Below, one piece after another: positions 6,502 to 15,587 of a DNA stretch of 64,000 nt. The notes under the pieces are model-generated. The model worked only from the letters and a program-made list of their open reading frames with translations. It did not search any database and was not told the origin of the DNA. This DNA comes from Dehalococcoidia bacterium (GTDB taxonomy: Bacteria > Chloroflexota > Dehalococcoidia > Lucifugimonadales > Australimonadaceae), in contig OZ241751.1 in NCBI GenBank assembly GCA_965201135.1, positions 86,706-150,705 on the forward strand, given 5' to 3'. A program made the position numbers and the translations under genes. Position 1 is the stretch's first letter, and every line of letters starts with the position of its first letter.

Positions 6502-9500
6502 GTGAGATTCACGAGGATTCCGCTCATAGCGACACTGCTGGCAGGGGCGCTCTCGCTGCTCGTCGTATTGCCCGCGATTGCCCAGAGCACGCTGGGCGAG
6601 GAGACCGACGGTCGGCTGAACGTGGCCGGCGCGTTAGAGGTTCAGGTCTACCAGAACATCGCGGACATCAGAGCGCGAGGCGTCGCCGCAGCGGACGCGG
6701 ACAGCTCCATCACGGAAGATGACGCGACTTCGCCTAACCCGGACGCTACGCCCCGCACCGCGGTGGAAGGCCCGACCACGACCACCATCGCCCGCGGCGA
6801 CCAGGCGCTGGGCCTGAGGGACAGCAGCGGCGACAACGCTTTCGACTACTCCCGCGTTCCCGACCCCCGGAACACCTACTTCAACCAGAATCTGTACGTC
6901 TCCAACGATGACGACGCGTACAACACGATTCTCATCACCGCTCAGGTCGCCGACTCCCGCGACAACAGCGCCTTGAGGAGACACGACGACGACCCTGACG
7001 GAGTGCCGGGGAACGACGACGACCACGTTGACGACCTGACCACGACGGAAGTGGACGAATCCAACGACGGGTGGGACGACCCCTTGACCGGCGCGGACTA
7101 TGACTGCGTCATTGCGGAGGCGAAGAACACGCGCTCCGGCAGAAAGGCGGAAGTGACGCTCCTCGCGGTGGGAGGCGCGGGCGACAGCGCCGTCCCTGCG
7201 AACTCCGCCGTCTACCAGGGCATTTTGACGGTCTGGGACCGGTCGACGGACCGGGTCGAGGAGCGCAATTCCCGTTGCGACAAGAGGCCGCTCGCCGACC
7301 CCGAGATCCAGCCTGACCCCGACAACCCTATCCCCTGGCGGACGGCCGGCGCCTCCGGCACCCAGCCTGCGGCGGTCGTCGCGGCGCGTGACGGAGACAC
7401 GATCGAGATCACGGTCGAAGGCATCCGGGGCCGGCTGCTGCTCACGGTTGACGGCGACGCCCCCACGGTGACCGGCCTGTCGCCGGAGGACGGCGGCACG
7501 ACGAACAGCGACCGCGTGACGCTCGGCCTCACGGTGAGCGACGACGGCGCCGGCCTGCGCTTCGACAGCGAGGACGGCTCCAGCGGGGACGGCGACTCCA
7601 GCCCCGCCAACGGCGACAACGACCAGAGGTTCAACGAGCCTCTGACCATCGCGGACAGCGACCCGGGCACGGCGGGATGGCAGGCGCCGTCCGGCGCAAC
7701 CTCGACGATCCAAGGCGCGACCGAGGACATTCAGATCTATTACGCGGACGACATCACGGACGGCACGATCGACGACCCCGCCGATGGCCAGGAGCACACG
7801 CTTGGGCATCAGCCGAACGTCCCCGCTCAGGAGTTCTCCGGCTACGGCACCAGCGGCTGGACGCAGGTCGACTTCGGGCGGTCGTACCGCCTCAGCATGG
7901 TCTTGAACAGCCAGGCGTTCGACTCGTATGAGTGGATGGTGGTCGCCCGGGACCGCGTGGGGAACTCCTTCACGACGGACGGCGACGACGACGAGAGCGG
8001 CCCGCAGCCGTTCACGTTCACCTTGGACGACGAGGACCCGACGGTCAACAACGTCCGGACGGGCGTGAAGTTCGACGCGAGCAGTTCCCCTCCGAAGGAG
8101 AAGGCGGACCGCTCGTGGCTTGCGCTGACGGTCGTGAACGAGGAGACCACGGGCACGGCGGACCGGGTTGACCGGTCGTCCGTCGAGGCTTCGGACTTCA
8201 CGGTGTCCGGCGCCACGGTGGTGGAGGCGGTCGTCCCGACGACCAAGAGGGTTTGCAAGACGCAGGACGAGGGCACGGAAGCGGACGAAACCGCGAAGAA
8301 CGTCCTCAACCTAGCCGGCGACTGCTTCTACCCGCGCGCGACGATCTACCTGCGGCTCTCCGAGGAGCTCGAGGCGGACGAGAAGCCGACGGTGCAGATG
8401 CTGGGTGGCGTGTTCAGAGACGTCGCGGGCAATCCGAACGAAGTGAAGCAACTGTCCGGGGCCAGCGTGGAGGACAAGATCGCCCCGCGCGTGTCCATCA
8501 CGGTCACGGCGAGCGGGGAGGCGACGAACCGCCCGGCGACGAACAGCAAGGGCGAGTTCACCATCCGCGTGACCTCCGACGAGGACTTGCGGCGATTCCC
8601 GACGGTCTACTTCGCGGAGATAGACGGGGTGGCCGACGCCGACGACGCAACCGTGGCCACGGGCCTGCAAGTGGACGCCGGCGTTCAGTCCATCACGCCC
8701 ACCGAGTTGGAGCGCAACGTTTGGGAGCGGAAAATCAAAGCCGACTCCGACGACCTTCCCGGCGCCGGTTCGCGGCTGATCGCGGTTCTCGTGGCCGCCG
8801 AGGACGAGGACCAGAACAGGGGCAACAGCGCCGGATGGACGCCGCATGCGACTCTGGGAACCGCGCCCGAAGGCACGAACTTGGACTTCAAGAAACTGGC
8901 GGACGGCGGCTACCTGATCGAGATTGACAACGCGCTGGCGGTCCCCGCCTCGGCGAACGTCACGGTGCAGCCGGCCGTCGAAGGCGAGTCGAAGGTCACG
9001 GAGAGCCTGACGCCCTACGTGGAGATCAAGTTCGAGGGAGAGAAGAACGAGTACGGCATCGCCGCCCGCGCTGGAGACGGACCCTTCTACAAGGCCGACG
9101 CCGGCGACGACGAGGACCCGATCAAGACGGACTCCCACGAGGGCGTAACGCTCACGAAACTGACCGTGGACGGCGAGGACCGCCTGGCCGACGTCCGGCG
9201 CGTGGGCTCCGAAAAGGGCCGGTTCATCCTGGCCTTCGTCGAGGGCTTGTCCCTCGGCAAGCACACGGTCGTCTACGCGGCGAAGGACGACGTCGGCAAC
9301 GAGTTCTCCGCGAACTCCGCCGGCGCGAAGGAGCGCAGTTTCTCCTTCACGGTTCGGGCGCGCGCCGGCTACAAAGTGAACATCCGGCCGGGCTGGAACC
9401 TGATCTCGCTGCCCGGCACGCCGACCAACCCCGCGGTTTCGGCGGTGCTGGAAGGCTTGCAGGCGAACACGGCCCTGTCCTACCAGAACGGCGAATGGCT

Positions 9501-9900
9501 GAGTGCCCTTCGCGGAGAAGACGGCGAGTGGCAGGGCACGCTCGAGCAGATCGCGGGCGGCTACGGCTACTGGATTCAGACCACCGCCGCCGAGACGATC
9601 ACCACGGTGATTCCGCCCACGCTGCCGAACCAGGTGCTGCCCACCGTGCCGATCACGTCGGGCTGGAACCTGGTGGGCGTGATTGACGCCGGGCAGAGGA
9701 GCGCAGGCACGACGCAAGACCCGGACAGGTACTTCGTCAACGTGAGTTGGCGGGTCGCCTACGGGTTCGACACGGCGGGCAGCCGCTGGACGAAGATCCT
9801 GCCGGCGCCTTCGACCGACGACAACCTCAACGACTCCGCCATCGCCAACGGCAAGGGCTACTGGCTCTGGAGCACGGAGCCCGGGACGCTGGTCCCGTAA
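6502..9900 (+). CDS. Giant secreted acidic surface protein, paralog 1 (S-layer-like; Ig-like repeats; conserved C-terminal domain)
   Basis: GTG start after AAGGGGGGTAGAA. Signal peptide MRFTRIPLIATLLAGALSLLVVLPAIAQ. SbsA-type Ig motifs are present (FRDVAGNPNE, ARDRVGNSF, AKDDVGNEF). The C-terminal blocks are PGWNLISLPG, YQNGEW, GGYGYWIQT, GWNLVGVID and NGKGYWLW..PGTLVP. Confidence 0.8.
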   Translation: MRFTRIPLIATLLAGALSLLVVLPAIAQSTLGEETDGRLNVAGALEVQVYQNIADIRARGVAAADADSSITEDDATSPNPDATPRTAVEGPTTTTIARGDQALGLRDSSGDNAFDYSRVPDPRNTYFNQNLYVSNDDDAYNTILITAQVADSRDNSALRRHDDDPDGVPGNDDDHVDDLTTTEVDESNDGWDDPLTGADYDCVIAEAKNTRSGRKAEVTLLAVGGAGDSAVPANSAVYQGILTVWDRSTDRVEERNSRCDKRPLADPEIQPDPDNPIPWRTAGASGTQPAAVVAARDGDTIEITVEGIRGRLLLTVDGDAPTVTGLSPEDGGTTNSDRVTLGLTVSDDGAGLRFDSEDGSSGDGDSSPANGDNDQRFNEPLTIADSDPGTAGWQAPSGATSTIQGATEDIQIYYADDITDGTIDDPADGQEHTLGHQPNVPAQEFSGYGTSGWTQVDFGRSYRLSMVLNSQAFDSYEWMVVARDRVGNSFTTDGDDDESGPQPFTFTLDDEDPTVNNVRTGVKFDASSSPPKEKADRSWLALTVVNEETTGTADRVDRSSVEASDFTVSGATVVEAVVPTTKRVCKTQDEGTEADETAKNVLNLAGDCFYPRATIYLRLSEELEADEKPTVQMLGGVFRDVAGNPNEVKQLSGASVEDKIAPRVSITVTASGEATNRPATNSKGEFTIRVTSDEDLRRFPTVYFAEIDGVADADDATVATGLQVDAGVQSITPTELERNVWERKIKADSDDLPGAGSRLIAVLVAAEDEDQNRGNSAGWTPHATLGTAPEGTNLDFKKLADGGYLIEIDNALAVPASANVTVQPAVEGESKVTESLTPYVEIKFEGEKNEYGIAARAGDGPFYKADAGDDEDPIKTDSHEGVTLTKLTVDGEDRLADVRRVGSEKGRFILAFVEGLSLGKHTVVYAAKDDVGNEFSANSAGAKERSFSFTVRARAGYKVNIRPGWNLISLPGTPTNPAVSAVLEGLQANTALSYQNGEWLSALRGEDGEWQGTLEQIAGGYGYWIQTTAAETITTVIPPTLPNQVLPTVPITSGWNLVGVIDAGQRSAGTTQDPDRYFVNVSWRVAYGFDTAGSRWTKILPAPSTDDNLNDSAIANGKGYWLWSTEPGTLVP

Positions 9901-9922
9901 GACCGGGGAACGAAAGAACGAC

Positions 9923-9949
9923 GCGCCCCCTCCCGCGCGGAGGGGGCGC
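9923..9949 (+). terminator. GC-rich hairpin after paralog 1 (no U-tract)
   Basis: GCGCCCCCTCC-CGCGC-GGAGGGGGCGC, 23 nt after the stop codon. Confidence 0.4.
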
Positions 9950-10038
9950 GGAAAGCGCAGAGAGACGCGCCAACTACCGGCTCTCAAACGCGAGAGCGCC
10001 AAAACTTAGAGCCTACAGCTCCATCAAGGGGGGTAGAA

Positions 10039-12945
10039 GTGAGATTCACGAAGGTTCCGCTGATAGCGACACTGGCGGCAGGGGCGCTCTCGCTGCTCGT
10101 CGTCTTGCCCGCGCTCGCGCAGAACGACACGCGAGGGCGGATCATCGACGGCAACAACTTCATGGTGGAGGTGTTCAAGACGCGCGCGGACGCCACGGAC
10201 TCGACCGACCCCGTGGCCGCCCCGTCGACGACGTACTTCAACGGCGTCCTCTACGCCTCGAACGCCAACGGCGTCGAACGCGACCCCGACGAGAACTCGG
10301 ACGCCGAAGCCGACCTCTCGGAGATCGCCAACCTGCTCAAGGTCACGGTCAACGTCGCCGAAGACGACCAAGAAGACTTGACCGACCCGGACGGCAACGA
10401 GGTTAAGTGCGTCGAAGTGATAGTGACGAACCGGCGGAGCGGACAGAAGAGCACGGCGCGCGCCCCGATCACGGACGACGGGTCCACCACCTTTTTGGAC
10501 GAGCGCTTTGCGCTGTTCGAGGTGATCCCCTACGGCCAGGAGAACAGGAACTCGGCCGGCTGCTGGTCGGCGGCCACCACCCCCGCTTCCGGCACCGTGG
10601 ACAAGGCGGTGGCGCAGATCACGGCGCGCGACGGCGACGTTCTGCGCGTTACGGCGACGGGAGCCATCGGCTCCGCCGACCTCACGGTCGACGGCGAGGG
10701 CCCCGTGTTCACCGAGATATCCCCCGCCCACAAGTCCTACAGCAGTTCCACCTCCTCCCGCTTCCAGTTCACCGTCACCGACAGCGGCTCCGGCCTCCGG
10801 CACGACGGCGAGTTCACGTATGGGGAAGGGGACCTTGACCCCGAGAACGAGGACAAGGACAGGGACGGCATCCGGGGCAACGAGCCGCTCTCGAGGGACC
10901 GCGACTCCGGCTCGCTGGGAGAAGCCGCGGACATTGCGTTGGAGTTGCCGGTCGGCGACGCCAACAACCAACTCAACTTGGGAACGAACCGCTGGCGCCG
11001 GATCGAGGTCGGCAGGTCGTACTCGATGGACGTGAGCCTCGCGTTGACGGAAGGCGCCAACGAGTGGAAGTTGGAGGCGACCGACCGCGTCGGAAACACC
11101 ACGGAGACCAGGGACCAGAACTCGGACGCGAGCGGCTACCAGGGCTACAGAATCACCGTGGACACCGGCAAGCCGGTCCTCTCCGACGCCCGGACGGGCA
11201 TCGCCTTCAGCGAAAGCAAGAAGAAGGAAGTGGTGGACCGCTCGTCCGTCGCCGTCACGCTTCAGGACGGGCAGGCGGGCGGCGACGAGAGTCTGAGCGC
11301 GGTCGACCACAACGACTTCCGCGTCGCCGGCCACGCGGTCACGGGCGCCAGCCTGATCAGCCTGTCCGCCGACTGCGACGACGACACCCCCACGCCGACC
11401 GACTTGGGCGGAACCTGCATCGAGAACCCGAAGGCGCGCGTCTACCTGCAACTGGCCGACGAACTCGAGCCGGACGAAACCCCCGAAGTGCAGATCCTCG
11501 GCGGAGCGGTCATCGACCTCGCCGGGAACTCCAACGACCCCGGCAAGTTCGTGTCGGCCGACAAGATCGCCCCGAGTCTGACCGTGACGATCAACCCCGG
11601 CTCGGAAGCCTCCGGCCGGCCGGCCATCCGCAAGACGGGCGAGGTCGCCATTCGCGTGGTTTCGGACGAGGACCTGCGCCGCCGCCCGTCGGTCTACTTC
11701 GCCACGATGAAGAACATCGCAACCAAGACTGCGGCGGACATCAGGATCGAACTCGCCCGCGCGGGCGGAAACATCACCGCGCAGACCGCCGCGAACACGT
11801 GGGAGCGCGTCTACCGCGCCAACGCGCAAGGACTCTCCGGAACGGACGGCCTCGTCGCGGTCGTCGTGTTCGGCCAAGACGACGCCGGCAACACCGGCTC
11901 CTCCGACGGCGTAACGCTCGGGTCGGACGGCGTCCCCACCGTCGACGACAAACTCAAACTCGACGACCTCGTCGCGGGCGCCCTCCTCATCGAGGTGGAC
12001 GACAACCTCCCGAACCCGACCTTCGCGCTCTCCCCCTACCTCGACAGCGACAACCAGACCAAGACGGAGAGTTCGCGCCCGTTCATCACGATAGAGTTTG
12101 CGGAAGCGAACGAAGCCGTCTACGACGTGGGCGCCACGGACGCCGACTCGGACGAGAACGTCACGAAGGTTCGCCTCTCCGACGACGACGACGACATTGA
12201 GTTGGACTCCCACAAGGGCGTCCGGATCACGTCGGTGACGCTGGACGGCGAGAACGTCTCGGACGACCTCTCCGCGATCAGTTCCCGCAAGTACACCCTG
12301 GCCACCAGCGGACTCTCCGTCGGCAGGCACACGCTGCGCGTGACGGCCGCGGACGACGCGGGGAACGTCAACGCGAAGAAGGACTTCAACTTCGACGTGC
12401 AGGCGCGGCGCCCCTACGAGTTGAAACTCACGCCGGGCTGGAACCTCGTCTCGCTGCCCGGCACGCCGACGGACTCGACCGTCGGCGCCGTGACCAGCGG
12501 CGTCCCGCAGGCCAAGATCGTGCTGTCCTACCAAAACGACGCGTGGACCACCGCGGTCCGCGTCGAGGACGGCGGCTGGCAGGGCACGCTCACCGACATC
12601 GTCGGCGGCTACGGCTACTGGATCCAGACCACCGCCTTCGAGACGCTCAGGACCTCCATCCCGGAGACGGACACATCCTCGGTGCTCCCGACGGCGCAAG
12701 TCTCGACGGGCTGGAACCTGCTCGGCGTCGTGGACGTCGAACAGGCCAAGGCCGGAAACGCCCCGAACGGCGGCGGCGACGCCGACGACTACTTCTCCAA
12801 CATCCGCTGGAGCGTCGCCTACTCCTACGACACCCGCCAGAACGACTGGACGCGCATCCTGCCGAGCGGCGCCAACAGCGACGCCATCTCGAACGGCAAG
12901 GGCTACTGGGTCTGGGCCACCGCCCCCGGCACGCTCGTCCCGTAA
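10039..12945 (+). CDS. Giant secreted acidic surface protein, paralog 2
   Basis: Same RBS, GTG start and signal peptide (MRFTKVPLIATLAAGALSLLVVLPALAQ). Motifs TDSGSGLRHDGEF, ATDRVGNTT, VIDLAGNSND and AADDAGNVN. The C-terminal domain (PGWNLVSLPG .. GGYGYWIQT .. GWNLLGVVD .. NGKGYWVW..PGTLVP) matches paralogs 1 and 3. Confidence 0.8.
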   Translation: MRFTKVPLIATLAAGALSLLVVLPALAQNDTRGRIIDGNNFMVEVFKTRADATDSTDPVAAPSTTYFNGVLYASNANGVERDPDENSDAEADLSEIANLLKVTVNVAEDDQEDLTDPDGNEVKCVEVIVTNRRSGQKSTARAPITDDGSTTFLDERFALFEVIPYGQENRNSAGCWSAATTPASGTVDKAVAQITARDGDVLRVTATGAIGSADLTVDGEGPVFTEISPAHKSYSSSTSSRFQFTVTDSGSGLRHDGEFTYGEGDLDPENEDKDRDGIRGNEPLSRDRDSGSLGEAADIALELPVGDANNQLNLGTNRWRRIEVGRSYSMDVSLALTEGANEWKLEATDRVGNTTETRDQNSDASGYQGYRITVDTGKPVLSDARTGIAFSESKKKEVVDRSSVAVTLQDGQAGGDESLSAVDHNDFRVAGHAVTGASLISLSADCDDDTPTPTDLGGTCIENPKARVYLQLADELEPDETPEVQILGGAVIDLAGNSNDPGKFVSADKIAPSLTVTINPGSEASGRPAIRKTGEVAIRVVSDEDLRRRPSVYFATMKNIATKTAADIRIELARAGGNITAQTAANTWERVYRANAQGLSGTDGLVAVVVFGQDDAGNTGSSDGVTLGSDGVPTVDDKLKLDDLVAGALLIEVDDNLPNPTFALSPYLDSDNQTKTESSRPFITIEFAEANEAVYDVGATDADSDENVTKVRLSDDDDDIELDSHKGVRITSVTLDGENVSDDLSAISSRKYTLATSGLSVGRHTLRVTAADDAGNVNAKKDFNFDVQARRPYELKLTPGWNLVSLPGTPTDSTVGAVTSGVPQAKIVLSYQNDAWTTAVRVEDGGWQGTLTDIVGGYGYWIQTTAFETLRTSIPETDTSSVLPTAQVSTGWNLLGVVDVEQAKAGNAPNGGGDADDYFSNIRWSVAYSYDTRQNDWTRILPSGANSDAISNGKGYWVWATAPGTLVP

Positions 12946-13016
12946 GCTCCGCGCAGCCTCCCCGCGCAGCCCCCAACGCGGGACTGCCGCAGCCCTCGAC
13001 GGACTGCGAAAAGGAA

Positions 13017-13040
13017 GCCCCCGCCGACATCGGCGGGGGC
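13017..13040 (+). terminator. Rho-independent-type terminator after paralog 2
   Basis: GCCCCCGCCG-ACAT-CGGCGGGGGC followed by TTTCCCTTT. An identical hairpin follows paralog 3. Confidence 0.65.
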
Positions 13041-13075
13041 TTTCCCTTTGAGGCGCGGCGAGCGCGCCCCATACA

Positions 13076-13198
13076 GGCGCGCAAGCGCCGAATCCCCCCT
13101 CTCCCTATAAGGGGAGAGGACGCCGCGAACGCGGCGGGAGAGGGTACTGGGAGCGCCTCGCCCACCATGGCCGTCATTCCCGCGTAGGCAGGAATCCC
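13076..13198. repeat. Repeat mosaic R3-R2-R1, left flank of darTG
   Basis: GGCGCGCAAGCGCC lies at 13076..13089. R2 (CCCCTCTCCCTATAAGGGGAGAGGACGCCGCGAACGCGGCGGGAGAGGGTACTG) lies at about 13095..13149. R1 lies at 13173..13198. Confidence 0.85.
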
Positions 13199-13232
13199 GC
13201 CCCTGATAACCTAGAACCAGAGAGGAGACGCT

Positions 13233-13874
13233 ATGCCCGTTCCGGCCAACCCGAAGATCTACCACATCGTTCACATAGACCGGCTGCCGTCCATCATCGC
13301 GGACGGCTTCTTGTGGAGCGATGCCGAGGCGACCCGGCGCGGCGCGCCCGGCACGACGATTGGCATGGACAAAATCAAGCGGCGGCGCCTGAACGAATTG
13401 CAGTTGGAGAGCCACGCAGGGTTGCACGTGGGCGAATGCGCCCCGTTCTACTTCTGTCCGCGCTCCGTGATGCTCCACCGAATCCATATGGGGAACGACT
13501 CTGAACTGGCCTACCAAGGCGGGCAGGGCCCAATCGTTCATCTGCAGGCCGACCTTCGCCAAGCCGTTGCTTGGGCGGACTCAAAGGGTCGCCGATGGGC
13601 GTTCACAGCCTCCAGTGCCGCCTCCTATCGCTTTAAGGATTACTGCGATTTGTCTCAATTGGACAAGGTTGACTGGAACGTGGTGGGGGCTCGCTTCTGG
13701 CAAGGCTTCCGCGATGCGAAGCAAGCGGAATTCTTGATGGAGCGTTCCTTCCCGTGGGAACTTGTCGAGTTCATCGGCGTCCTCTCGCCGGAGATCCGTG
13801 ATAGAGTGCGGGCGGCGATGCTAGGAGCGGGACATCAGCCCGTTGCGGCGATAATGCCGGGCTGGTACTACTAA
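13233..13874 (+). CDS. darT: DarT toxin (DUF4433 family; ssDNA thymidine ADP-ribosyltransferase)
   Basis: 213 aa with IYHIVHIDRLPSI, APFYFCPRSVMLH, AKQAEFLMERSFPWELV (catalytic Glu context) and C-terminal PGWYY. SD GAGAGGAG lies upstream. Confidence 0.85.
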   Translation: MPVPANPKIYHIVHIDRLPSIIADGFLWSDAEATRRGAPGTTIGMDKIKRRRLNELQLESHAGLHVGECAPFYFCPRSVMLHRIHMGNDSELAYQGGQGPIVHLQADLRQAVAWADSKGRRWAFTASSAASYRFKDYCDLSQLDKVDWNVVGARFWQGFRDAKQAEFLMERSFPWELVEFIGVLSPEIRDRVRAAMLGAGHQPVAAIMPGWYY

Positions 13875-13889
13875 GGAGAGGCTGCGCCG

Positions 13890-14945
13890 ATGATCGAATA
13901 CAAGACAGGCGACATCACGGGCGAGGACGCCGAGGCGCTCGTCAACACGGTCAACTGCGTCGGCGCGATGGGCAGAGGCGTCGCCTTGAGATTCAAGGAA
14001 GCCTTTCCCGACAACGCGCGGGCGTATGCGCGGGCTTGCGAACGCAAGGAGGTCGAGCCCGGGCGCATGTTCGTCTTCGAGACGAAGTCGCTCGCCAACC
14101 CGCGCTACATCATCAACTTCCCCACCAAACGCCACTGGCGCGGCAAGAGCCGTATGGAGGACATCGAGTCCGGCCTCGCGGCGCTCGCCGAAGAAGCGCG
14201 AAGCCGGGAGATACGCTCCCTCGCCCTTCCGCCGCTCGGCAGCGGGCTCGGCGGACTGGACTGGCGCGAAGTGCGCCCCCGCATCGAGAAAACCCTCGCC
14301 GCGATGGAGGGCGTCAGAGCCGTCGTCTACGAGCCGAACGGACAGGAGCAGCCGTTCGCTCCCAGAGCCCAAGCGCCGGCGATGACGCTAGGCCGCGCCG
14401 CAGTCGTCGCGCTGATCGACCGCTACCTCGCCGGCCTGCTCGATCCGTTCGTGACGCTGCTGGAGATCCACAAACTGATGTACTTTATGCAAGAGGCGGG
14501 CGAGCCGCTGAAACTGAACTTCCAACCGGATCGCTATGGCCCCTACGCCGGCAACCTGCGCCACCTCCTGAAAGCGATTGAAGGCCATCTCACATCGGGC
14601 TACGCCGGCCGCGACGCGCCGGACGAGACCATCGACCTCGTGCCCGGCGCAGTCGCGGACGCCAACGCCTTCCTAGAAGAGCGCCCAGAGACCTGCGTGC
14701 GGTTCGCCCGCGTGAGCGACCTCGTCGACGGCTTTGAGTCGCCGTTGGGCTTGGAACTCCTCGCGACGACGCACTGGGTCGCCTCGCGCTCCGCCCCGAG
14801 GCCCGCGTCGACCGAAGAGATCATTGCCGGCGTCTACGCTTGGGGCGAGCGCAAGCGGCAGTTCTCCGAGAGAGAAATCCGCATCGCCTTGGAGTTTCTC
14901 GAAAAGAAAGGCTGGCTTCCCTCCCCCGCCTCGCCCTCCCCGTGA
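13890..14945 (+). CDS. darG: DarG antitoxin (N-terminal macrodomain + C-terminal DarT-binding domain)
   Basis: 351 aa with GDITGEDAEALVNTVNCVGAMGRGVALRFKEAFP, INFPTKRHWRGKS and LPPLGSGLGGLDW. It lies immediately downstream of darT, with SD AAGGAGAG. Confidence 0.85.
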   Translation: MIEYKTGDITGEDAEALVNTVNCVGAMGRGVALRFKEAFPDNARAYARACERKEVEPGRMFVFETKSLANPRYIINFPTKRHWRGKSRMEDIESGLAALAEEARSREIRSLALPPLGSGLGGLDWREVRPRIEKTLAAMEGVRAVVYEPNGQEQPFAPRAQAPAMTLGRAAVVALIDRYLAGLLDPFVTLLEIHKLMYFMQEAGEPLKLNFQPDRYGPYAGNLRHLLKAIEGHLTSGYAGRDAPDETIDLVPGAVADANAFLEERPETCVRFARVSDLVDGFESPLGLELLATTHWVASRSAPRPASTEEIIAGVYAWGERKRQFSEREIRIALEFLEKKGWLPSPASPSP

Positions 14946-14947
14946 CC

Positions 14948-15105
14948 GTCATTCCCGCGTAGGCGGGAATCCCGCCCCCATTGAGTCGCCCGCCCAATTG
15001 GAGGCGCGCAAGCGCCCAGATCCCCCTCTCCCTATAAGGGGAGAGGACGCCGCGAACGCGGCGGGAGAGGGTACTGCGGTCGGGGCGCAACGCGCCCCGT
15101 CTCCA
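14948..15105. repeat. Repeat mosaic R1-R3-R2-R4, right flank of darTG
   Basis: R1 at 14948..14973, R3 at 15003..15016, R2 at 15022..15077 and an R4-like hairpin at 15081..15099. Confidence 0.85.
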
Positions 15106-15123
15106 TGTATCCCCCGGGGCCTC

Positions 15124-15273
15124 GTCATTCCCGCGAAAGCGGGAACCTACCCATCCCCCGCCCTCCCCGCCCGCCCCCATGACCGTCATTCCCGCGAAAG
15201 CGGGAACCTACCCATCCCCCGCCCTCCCCGCCCGCCCCCATGACCGTCATTCCCGCGAAAGCGGGAACCTACC
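15124..15273. repeat. Tandem repeat, 61-bp period, about 2.5 copies, each containing an R1 hairpin
   Basis: GACCGTCATTCCCGCGAAAGCGGGAACCTACCCATCCCCCGCCCTCCCCGCCCGCCCCCAT repeats, with R1 units at 15124, 15185 and 15246. Confidence 0.85.
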
Positions 15274-15348
15274 CCCAAGCGCCGCGCCCGCCGATAGCGT
15301 AGAATCTCCCCCGCGCCCCAGCCGCGCGAGGTTGCAGGGCGCAAGGCG

Positions 15349-15377
15349 TTGACACGGACGCCAATTGCTGATAGAAA
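15349..15377 (+). promoter_or_regulatory. Putative sigma70-type promoter of surface-protein paralog 3
   Basis: TTGACA-17 nt-TAGAAA with TG one nt upstream of the -10. It is followed by about 100 nt conserved with the paralog 1 leader (GGTTTGGCCGGAACTGCCCATCGCACCCTATTGCATAATG..GACAATAGCGTCTCCTGCCGCG). Confidence 0.5.
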
Positions 15378-15587
15378 GGGGTTGCGCGTTTGCGCGGGAG
15401 GGCGCGGTTTGGCCGGAACTGCCCATCGCACCCTATTGCATAATGCGGGCGTTAGGTTAGACAATAGCGTCTCCTGCCGCGTTCGGCGTCCGCCCAACGC
15501 GCGCGCAAGTTGGAGAAACACGAAGGAACCTTGCTCCCCAGGCGGGAGCGCGCAGCCTAGAACCACAGCTCCGTAAGGGGGGTAGAA

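Noticed and set aside
9923-10038. A separate promoter for paralog 2 in the 138-bp gap after paralog 1.
   Set aside because: No TTGACA/-10 pair comparable to those upstream of paralogs 1 and 3 was found. Only the hairpin and the shared RBS-proximal block are present, so the question is left open as possible read-through.
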